Assembly (NCBI GenBank): GCA_965213675.1
Contig: OZ243916.1
Span: forward strand, 2,016,001-2,080,000
DNA: 64,000 nucleotides
Source: an uncultured Candidatus Binatia bacterium
GTDB lineage: Bacteria; Desulfobacterota; Binatia; UBA9968; JAJDTQ01
Direction: 5' to 3'
The position numbers and the translations under genes were made by a program. Of the stretch, positions 57,047 through 64,000 are shown in pieces (position 1 is the first letter of the stretch; each line of letters opens with the position of its first letter). Below the pieces are notes generated by a model that saw only the letters and a program-made list of their open reading frames with translations, was not told where the DNA came from and ran no database searches.

Positions 57047-58474
57047 TTATACGGCCACACACTCGCGCGCGGCCACACCGTTGGAGATGCCGCGATACGC
57101 GAAGGGCGGCAGGTCCGCGTCGAGGCCCGAATAGTGTCTCATGAGGATCAGGTAACGCTTGACCAACTCGGGGAGGAGAAAATTCCGGCGCACATGCTCC
57201 TGCCCCTGCCGCCCCAGCGCGGCCGCGGCGTCTCCGTCGTCGAGCACCGCCGCCATGCGCGCGGCGATGGCCTCGACATCGAGGGGGTCCACGAGATGAC
57301 CCGTGACCTGGTCGATGATCTGCCGCTGGATGCCGCCCACGCGGGAGCCTATGACCGGCGCCCCTTGCCACAGGGCCTCTGCCACCACCAGCCCGAAGCC
57401 TTCCCGGGTCGACACGTGCACGAACCCTCGCGCGATGCGCATCAAGGCGCCCACCACCCGGTCGTTGTCCTCCACGTTGACCCAGAACCGGACATCCGCG
57501 CGGCCCCCGGCCTGCCGCCGCAACTCGTTCAACACCGCATCTCCCTCCGGGTCGTCCGTGGCGGTGTTGCCGATGAAGATGAGACAGGGCCTCGGCCCCC
57601 GCGGCCGTTCCTCGACCAGGCGCGAGAACGCCTTCAGTATGGTCTCCTGATTCTTGTGGCGGTCGTAGCGGGAGATGGCCGCGAAGATGGGCCGTTCGGG
57701 GTCCACGTTGTCGGCGGTGAACAGCGGTTGGAGAATATCCAGCGCCTGGGTCCGGGTATAGTGCTGGTTCTTTGGCGCCAGGGGATCGATGCACGGCATG
57801 ATCTCGTACACCGGGACCTTGAGCCCCGGCCCCACGAACTCGCGCGTCGTGAAGATGGCGCCGTCGTGCTGATTGATGTACGGCAGCAGAAAGCGCCACA
57901 CCGCCTTGTTGGGCATGGAGGTGTCGATATGGCAACGCCACAGCGTCTTGCCCAAAATCGGCGCGCTCATGATCATGGCCGCAGGTTGCGGGTCGTGCAG
58001 CACAGTGAGATCGGCGTCGATGAACGCGTCGCGGGCGTTCTCCTCGATGGTGTCGAGATAGGCTCCGAAGATGTCATCGAGGGTAATCGGGCCGTCCGCT
58101 CCCTGAAGCAGGTTGTGGAACTTCTTGGTAACCTGGAAGAATGCGTCATTGCCGCGAATGGTGCACCAGCGAGCCGTCAGCCCCAGCGTCCGGGCGAAGG
58201 GAATTGCGCTGCGCAGCATCTCGGCGACACCGCCGCCCACGGACGTGGAGTTGACGTTGACCCACGTGCGTCCCGTCAACGGTTCCGCCAGCCGTTTGAT
58301 TTCATCCATGCGCTCGGCGCCGATGACCGCCTCGTAATCGGACAGATCGAAGGAACCCTCCGGGCGGTGTTCTTCCAGGCCCGCGATCACGTCGTCGCGA
58401 GCGCTGCCGGCGAGAAATCCGGACCCGGACGAAGGATGCTCCGAAGCGCCAGTGGTGTCGCTCAAAAACGTCAA
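57047..58474 (-). CDS. treT: GT4 glycosyltransferase, TreT-like trehalose synthase
   Basis: VNST..GGGVAE, FF.VTKKFHN.LQG, HDPQP, WRCHID, DDPEG, EGFGL.V.EA.W. Start uncertain. Confidence 0.78.
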   Translation of the reverse strand: MTFLSDTTGASEHPSSGSGFLAGSARDDVIAGLEEHRPEGSFDLSDYEAVIGAERMDEIKRLAEPLTGRTWVNVNSTSVGGGVAEMLRSAIPFARTLGLTARWCTIRGNDAFFQVTKKFHNLLQGADGPITLDDIFGAYLDTIEENARDAFIDADLTVLHDPQPAAMIMSAPILGKTLWRCHIDTSMPNKAVWRFLLPYINQHDGAIFTTREFVGPGLKVPVYEIMPCIDPLAPKNQHYTRTQALDILQPLFTADNVDPERPIFAAISRYDRHKNQETILKAFSRLVEERPRGPRPCLIFIGNTATDDPEGDAVLNELRRQAGGRADVRFWVNVEDNDRVVGALMRIARGFVHVSTREGFGLVVAEALWQGAPVIGSRVGGIQRQIIDQVTGHLVDPLDVEAIAARMAAVLDDGDAAAALGRQGQEHVRRNFLLPELVKRYLILMRHYSGLDADLPPFAYRGISNGVAARECVAV

Positions 58475-58645
58475 GGTTCCTACTCCTGTGCTGTAAAATC
58501 GGGCAGAGAATTCGCCGACTCTACAATGAGTTAGGCAATATTGTCAATAGCGCGCGCAGGCCTCGGCCAAGGCGCTTGCCACGGCGCGGGGCTTGGCGTA
58601 TTCTTTGCCGCATCACGCGCGCCGAGCGAGCGCGAACGAGCACTC

Positions 58646-59338
58646 ATGGCAACAAGGAAATCTCATTTTCTGCGAAACGCGATGATTACGGGGGTGCTGA
58701 TCCTGATCCCCGTATTCGTGACGTACCTGCTGATCGCGTTTCTGTTCAACCTGCTCAGCAACGCGGGTACGCCGATCCTGGGCTGGGTCCTGTCGGCCTT
58801 CGATCTGGATGGCCTTCTCTGGCTGACACCGCTGATCCCCTTCATCAACCTGCTCATCGTCCTGTCGATCATCTTTTTCGTCGGACTGTTCGGCACCAAC
58901 ATCGTCGGCCGCCGGATCCTGGCCGCGGTCAACCAACTGGTCATGCGCCTGCCCCTGGTCAGCACGATCTACGGCGCCGTCAAGCAGTTGGTGGAGACGC
59001 TGCACGGCCCACGACGAAGCTTTCAGCGGGTCGTGTTGATCGAATATCCCCGGCGGGGAGCGTGGATGATGGGCCTCGTGGCCACGCGCCGTCCCGACAC
59101 TTTCAACCTCTCCTCCGCCGACACCCTTCTATCCGTCTTCATCCCCACCACGCCGAACCCCACGTCCGGCTTCCTGGTGCTGGTGCCCGAGAACGAGGTG
59201 ATCGATACCGACTACAACGTCGAGGAGGCCTTCAAGTTCATCGTCTCTTCGGGCATCGTCGGCCGGGACTTCGCCCCCCCGAACAGCGCGGAGCTGCCCA
59301 GGGATCTCCCGCTGGCGCCAGCTTCGGACGAATCGTAG
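58646..59338 (+). CDS. DUF502 membrane protein
   Basis: P.V..IY..VKQ, VLIEYPR.G, VFIPTTPNPTSGFL, EEA.K.IVS.G. Confidence 0.88.
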   Translation: MATRKSHFLRNAMITGVLILIPVFVTYLLIAFLFNLLSNAGTPILGWVLSAFDLDGLLWLTPLIPFINLLIVLSIIFFVGLFGTNIVGRRILAAVNQLVMRLPLVSTIYGAVKQLVETLHGPRRSFQRVVLIEYPRRGAWMMGLVATRRPDTFNLSSADTLLSVFIPTTPNPTSGFLVLVPENEVIDTDYNVEEAFKFIVSSGIVGRDFAPPNSAELPRDLPLAPASDES

Positions 59339-59364
59339 CGCGCCCGCCGGTGACCCCGCCGTCC

Positions 59365-60819
59365 TTACACGGAAGGCGGGTCGGCCCGGTCCGTGTGGCC
59401 GCCGGGGTTTGTGAACTGGTCGTTGAGGGACTGGACGTAACCGTTGGCTTCGGCGATCACCTTGGAGAGCTGCCGGCGCGCCGACGGGCTCCAGCCGGAG
59501 GGCCGGGTCAGGAACACGTTGCGCCACGGACTGATGTTCTTGCGAAAAGCCATGCCAAGGGCGTCCAGCACGTCGGTGTCGCGCTCGCCGGCCAGTGAAC
59601 GCCGGAGCGTTCTCAGAACCCTCCCGGCGGCCCATCGGCGCGCGCTATGGTGGACATACCCGGCCACCAGGGCCGCGACTGCCAGGATCCCGTAGGTCCA
59701 CGCCGACGCCCCCGTCAACACCGCCCAGTACTCACTCCACGCGCCCTGCCACACTGCCCAACCCAGCACCGCGGCCAGAATCACGGCGAAGACGATGCCG
59801 TCCAGCCGCCGCACCAGGCGGCGCCAGTCCGTGATCATCTCCTGGAGGCGCGGTATCAGGCTCAGCTCGATGTCGCGCGCGGTCTGTTCGAGAACACCCA
59901 TGATGCGATAGCAGCGGTCCACCCCCACCTGCCGGACGCGTCCGTGGATTTCGTCAAGATCCGCATCCCGCTTCTGCTCGAAACTCGCGCGCAGACCGTC
60001 GTCCTCGATGACCACCGCGGCACTGGGGCTGTAGATATTGTAGAAGCGCCCGGCCGTGAGCCCTTTCTGAGACAGCGCTCGCTGCCACGACCCGACGATA
60101 TCCTCCGGGTTGTTCTCGCGGGCGGCGTGGTCCATCTGGTTCAGGATATAGAGAAACTTGCTCGAATCCGTCCGGTGAATGGTCTCCGCCACCAGGTGCT
60201 CCAAGGTGTCCTGCATGGCGCCGGGCTCGGGATGGCGGGCGTCGAAGAACACCAGCACCAGGTCCGCCAGATCAACGATGCGATCCGTAACCCGCAAGGT
60301 GGCGGTGCGCTGCTGGTCCGCGTCGAAACCCGGCGAGTCGATGAGGATGCGGCCGCGCAACACATCCCCGGGACAGGTCTTGAGTTGGAGGTAGGCATCG
60401 ATGCGGCTCCCCTCCCCCGGGCTGATCTCCTCGATGGCGCGGCTCATCTTGTAGAACGGGAAGCGCGGGTCGGCGTCCAGAGCCACCCCGGGCAACACCC
60501 GCACGTCCGGTTCCGTGCCGAAGCACAACACGGAGAAACGGTCGTCCACCGCCTGATTGCCGGTAACCTGCACCCTTTGGCCAAGAAAGTCGTTGATGAA
60601 GGTGGACTTGCCGGAGGAATAGGTTCCCAGCACTGCCACCAAGGGCCACCAGGGGATGCGCGTGGCATAGGACTCTTCCTCGCCCAGCAGACCCAGCCCG
60701 CGGGCGATGCCGTCCAGCCGGCGAAAACTCTGCACCGCGCCCAGCAACACGGGATTCTCCGCGCGCAGGTGGCCCTCCAGGCTTTGCAGCCGTGCTTCCA
60801 GTTCGGTGGATACCGCCAT
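59365..60819 (-). CDS. Dynamin-superfamily (EHD-like) NTPase with two C-terminal TM helices
   Basis: GTYSSGKSTFIN, IDSPG, FFDA, LNQMD; ATG 60819. Confidence 0.82.
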   Translation of the reverse strand: MAVSTELEARLQSLEGHLRAENPVLLGAVQSFRRLDGIARGLGLLGEEESYATRIPWWPLVAVLGTYSSGKSTFINDFLGQRVQVTGNQAVDDRFSVLCFGTEPDVRVLPGVALDADPRFPFYKMSRAIEEISPGEGSRIDAYLQLKTCPGDVLRGRILIDSPGFDADQQRTATLRVTDRIVDLADLVLVFFDARHPEPGAMQDTLEHLVAETIHRTDSSKFLYILNQMDHAARENNPEDIVGSWQRALSQKGLTAGRFYNIYSPSAAVVIEDDGLRASFEQKRDADLDEIHGRVRQVGVDRCYRIMGVLEQTARDIELSLIPRLQEMITDWRRLVRRLDGIVFAVILAAVLGWAVWQGAWSEYWAVLTGASAWTYGILAVAALVAGYVHHSARRWAAGRVLRTLRRSLAGERDTDVLDALGMAFRKNISPWRNVFLTRPSGWSPSARRQLSKVIAEANGYVQSLNDQFTNPGGHTDRADPPSV

Positions 60820-60839
60820 GGCTTCCCTTTCCGGCCCGG

Positions 60840-61865
60840 TCAAACGGGCACCGCACCCGCACCGGCGGCGGGGGCGCCACCGTCCGCGAGTTGCCGCAGT
60901 GCGCGCGTGACGTACACGCGGGTCATGCGCTTGCGATACCAGTAATCCATGTCCGCGTTGTCCAGTGGATGAGACACGCGCATGGCCAGTTCCGCCACTT
61001 CCTCGATGGCAGCGGCGTCCACGGGCCTGCCGCACAGCACGCGGGAGGCGTCCTCCACGGCCTTCGGCGCCGACGCCACCGCGGTCAGGACTATGCGCGC
61101 CGCCTCGCAGATTCCCGCTGCGTCGATCCGCAGCGCTCCCGCCACCCCCAGCACAGGGAAGTCGAAGGACCCCCGGCGGCGCAGCTTGAGGTAGACGTTG
61201 CGCCAGCCGAAGGAGGCCTCCGGGACCCACACCCCTTGCAGCAACTCGTCGGGCCGCTTGGCGAGGTAGTCGATGCCGTCGTCGCGGTACAGACTCGCCA
61301 GCGGCGCGCGGCGGCTCTCCGCGGCGCTCACCAGCACCGCCTCGGCGCCCAGGCTGCTCAGCACCGGCGCGGTGTCCGATGAGCAGATGGCGAGGCACAC
61401 CCGGCTCCCGGGCGCCACCAGGCAGATGTCGCCGTCCTTCTTGAGGCAGAAGCCCACGGCCTGACGCCAGAAGAAGGACTGATCGTAGTAGTTGCAGCGG
61501 GTATCCACGAACAGGTTGCCGCCGATAGTGCCGGCGTTGCGAAGCTGCAAGGTCGACACCAGGCCCGCGGCCGCCGCCAAGGCGGGAAACTCCCGGCGCA
61601 CCGTTTCGTGGCCTGCCACCGAAGTCAGCGTCTCGCCCGCGCCGATCCACAGCCCGCGGCCCTCCTCCCGGCGGATGCCCCGGTGCTCCTGGATGCGGCT
61701 CAGCGACACCAGATACCGCGGGGTGAACTGCCCCCGCTTCATCTTGGGATAGACGTCGGTGCCCCCGGCCACGGCCATGGCCTCCGTCCCCAGTTCCTGG
61801 AGCGCGCCGGAGGCCTCCGCCAGGGTGCGGGGCCGGATGTAGGTGAAATCGGGAAGTCGCAGCAT
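60840..61865 (-). CDS. hcrB: XDH-family FAD subunit with [4Fe-4S] insert (4-hydroxybenzoyl-CoA reductase beta-like)
   Basis: AGGTD, LRN.GTIGGN, then a C-x15-C-x7-C-x8-C insert. Confidence 0.75.
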   Translation of the reverse strand: MLRLPDFTYIRPRTLAEASGALQELGTEAMAVAGGTDVYPKMKRGQFTPRYLVSLSRIQEHRGIRREEGRGLWIGAGETLTSVAGHETVRREFPALAAAAGLVSTLQLRNAGTIGGNLFVDTRCNYYDQSFFWRQAVGFCLKKDGDICLVAPGSRVCLAICSSDTAPVLSSLGAEAVLVSAAESRRAPLASLYRDDGIDYLAKRPDELLQGVWVPEASFGWRNVYLKLRRRGSFDFPVLGVAGALRIDAAGICEAARIVLTAVASAPKAVEDASRVLCGRPVDAAAIEEVAELAMRVSHPLDNADMDYWYRKRMTRVYVTRALRQLADGGAPAAGAGAVPV

Positions 61866-61879
61866 GGCCCGGCCTCAAC

Positions 61880-64000
61880 TCAGCTCTTTTGGGATACCTC
61901 GACGCCCTGGCCCGGCGCCCAGCGAATGGGCGCCGGGAATTCGAACTCCGGCACCGCGGGGTCCTTGAGGCGCTGGTCCAAGGCCCGCAGGATCTTGTCC
62001 GGTGTGATGGGGATCTCGTGAATGCGCACCCCCACTGCATCGAACACCGCGTTGGCCACCGCGGGGATCACCGGCAACAGCGGCCCCTGCCCGGCCTCCT
62101 TGGCGCCGAAGGGTCCCTCGGGGTCGTCGGTCTCCACCAGAATGGTCTCAATGGGCGGCGTCTCCAGGGTGGTGGGGCTCTTGTATTCGAGGATGGACGG
62201 GATCTTGTGCACCCCCGACTTGCGGAAGATCTGCTCTTCCATGAGCACCTCGCCCAGCGCCATGTAGACGCTGCCCTCCACCTGCCCCTCCACCCACAAG
62301 GGGTTGAAGGCGCGGCCGCAGTCGTGGGCGATCCACACTTTGTCGATGCGGATCTCGCCGGAATCGCCGTCGCAGTGGAGCTCCACCACCGCGGCGGAAT
62401 AGCTGTAGGACGGGGTGGGTCCGACGCCGGCGCCCTTGTAGTCGCCGGGATGACGCGGCGGCCGGTAGCTGCCGGTGGCCCCCAGCGTGCCGAAACGGGT
62501 CTCGGCGCGCTCCACGCATTCGGCGAAGGCCATGCCGCGATCCGGCAAACTGCGGCTCCGCACCTGCCCGTCCTCCATCTCCAGGTCGCCGGCGGGCACC
62601 TCCAGCACGTCGGACGCCACCTCGAACAGCCGCTCCTTGAGATTGCCGCAGGCCTCGATGGCGGCATTGCCGGTCATCACCGTGACGCGGCTGGAGTAGC
62701 TCCCCAGGTCCACAGGCGTGAGATCGGTGTCGGCGGTCACCACGCGCACATCCGCCGGCTGAAGCCCCAGTTCCTCGGCCACGGCGAAGGCCAGGATCGA
62801 GTCCGAGCCCTGGCCGATGTCGGTGGAGCCGCAGAACACCGTGACCCCACCGCCCCGGTCCGCCCGGAGCTGCACGCCCGAGTGGGGCATGTCGTTCCAG
62901 TAGATGGGCAGACCCGCGCCGCTGATATACGAGCTGGCGGCAAAACCGATGCCGTGGCCGTGGGGCAGCGCGCGGTGCTTGTCCTTCCAGCCCGCGCGCG
63001 CCGCCGCCTTCTCGATGCACTCCCGCAGCCCGATGGTGCTCACCCGCAGACCGTTCACCGTGACGCTGTTGGGCTCCACCACCTGCTTGAGGCGCATCTC
63101 CACCGGGTCCAACCCCAGCTTCTCGGCGATCTCGTCGAGCTGCACCTCCATGGCGAAGCGCGGCTGGGGCGTGCCGTGGCCGCGCTTGGGACCGCACGGC
63201 GGCTTGTTGGTGAACACGCGCACGCCCTCGAACTTGTAGGCCGGCAGTTCGTAGGTCACCGTCTGCAAGGCGCCGGTGTAGTAGACCGTGGCGAGGCCGT
63301 AACTGCTGTAGCCGCCGCCGTCGAGGAAGGAACGGAACCACATGCCGGTGAGGGCGCCGTCGCGCTTGACCCCGGTGCGCATCCACATCTTCACCGGGTG
63401 GCGCCCCCGGTGCACGTAGAACGATTCCTCCCGGGTGAGGGTGATCTTCACCGGCCGTCCGGTAATCATGGCCAGTTTCGCCACCGCGATCTCGTGGGAA
63501 AACGGGTCGCTCTTGCCGCCGAAGCCGCCGCCCACCGGCGTGGCCACCACCCGGATGCGCCCCATGGGCAGGCCCAGCACCCGGGACAGGGCGCGGTGCA
63601 CGTAGTGCGGCGTCTGGGTGGAGGACCACAGGGTCAGCTTGCCGTCGGGCGTGCAGTTCGCCAGCGCGCAGTACTGCTCCATGGGCAGATGCGTGTTGCC
63701 CTGAAAGAAATACGTCCCCTCGAAGACTTCGTCCGCCTCCTCGAAGCCAGCGTCGATGTCGCCGAACTCGAAAGACACGGCCTTCTGGATGTTGGCGCGC
63801 CGGTTCCAGGTGTGGATGCGCTGGTCCTCGGCCGCCAGCGCCCCTTCGATGGTGAGGATCGGGTCGAGCACCTGGTAGTCCACGTCGATGAGACCCAGCG
63901 CCGCCTCCGCCACCTCCTCGCTCACCGCCGCCACCGCAGCCACCGGGTCGCCGACGTAGCGCGCCTTGTCCACCGCCAGCGCCTCCTCGTCCTGGGTGGA
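61880..64000 (-). CDS. hcrA: XDH-family molybdopterin subunit (4-hydroxybenzoyl-CoA reductase alpha-like); 5' end outside window
   Basis: STQTPHY, VGGGFGGK, NKPPCGPKRGHG, DIGQGS, GSYSSRVT, EGQVEGS, GPFGAKE. Confidence 0.72.
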   Translation of the reverse strand, partial: STQDEEALAVDKARYVGDPVAAVAAVSEEVAEAALGLIDVDYQVLDPILTIEGALAAEDQRIHTWNRRANIQKAVSFEFGDIDAGFEEADEVFEGTYFFQGNTHLPMEQYCALANCTPDGKLTLWSSTQTPHYVHRALSRVLGLPMGRIRVVATPVGGGFGGKSDPFSHEIAVAKLAMITGRPVKITLTREESFYVHRGRHPVKMWMRTGVKRDGALTGMWFRSFLDGGGYSSYGLATVYYTGALQTVTYELPAYKFEGVRVFTNKPPCGPKRGHGTPQPRFAMEVQLDEIAEKLGLDPVEMRLKQVVEPNSVTVNGLRVSTIGLRECIEKAAARAGWKDKHRALPHGHGIGFAASSYISGAGLPIYWNDMPHSGVQLRADRGGGVTVFCGSTDIGQGSDSILAFAVAEELGLQPADVRVVTADTDLTPVDLGSYSSRVTVMTGNAAIEACGNLKERLFEVASDVLEVPAGDLEMEDGQVRSRSLPDRGMAFAECVERAETRFGTLGATGSYRPPRHPGDYKGAGVGPTPSYSYSAAVVELHCDGDSGEIRIDKVWIAHDCGRAFNPLWVEGQVEGSVYMALGEVLMEEQIFRKSGVHKIPSILEYKSPTTLETPPIETILVETDDPEGPFGAKEAGQGPLLPVIPAVANAVFDAVGVRIHEIPITPDKILRALDQRLKDPAVPEFEFPAPIRWAPGQGVEVSQKS

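Noticed and set aside
60820-62040. 891-aa extended dynamin ORF
   Set aside because: The extension overlaps the hcrB-like gene out of frame; the real start is ATG 60819.
160-63629. Many long antisense or alternate-frame ORFs (e.g. 801-2618, 10120-11952, 29904-31979, 47559-50411, 53880-55742)
   Set aside because: Shadow ORFs of high-GC genes; no recognisable motifs, and they overlap well-supported genes.

Overview
High-GC bacterial chromosomal window. The gene repertoire (amidohydrolase, LLM, TRAP/TAXI/ABC transporters, XDH-family molybdoenzymes) is suggestive of a Binatia/deltaproteobacterial lineage; this is inference only. The flanks (1-18 kb, 38-64 kb) are mostly housekeeping, transport and catabolic genes: rnhA, a divergent ychF, ampG, typA, tcuAB, ppgK, treT-like, hcrAB-like and an EHD/dynamin-like gene. 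The middle (about 18.2-37.9 kb) is an eroded accessory/defence region anchored on tRNA-Ser(TGA) at 37807-37899. It holds brnT/brnA, a type I R-M operon with a PIN toxin-antitoxin pair between hsdS and hsdR, an HNH nuclease, a full-length diverged tRNA-Ser copy split by a 159-bp TA-duplicating MITE, a GmrSD-like nuclease, IS3 remnants bracketing a liv operon, and an AAA-DUF4143 ATPase/nuclease preceded by a 23-bp-period repeat array. Best leads: (i) an HU-ParA-CHAD module facing polyphosphate glucokinase, a candidate polyP-granule positioning system; (ii) a shared CTAYGCGCAR palindromic element just downstream of three unrelated nuclease genes; (iii) the integrase-less island bounded by whole-tRNA repeats, with a TA pair in the PrrC position; (iv) the repeat-built leaderless promoter of the AAA-DUF4143 gene. 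All calls come from reading motifs by eye; no database searches were run.
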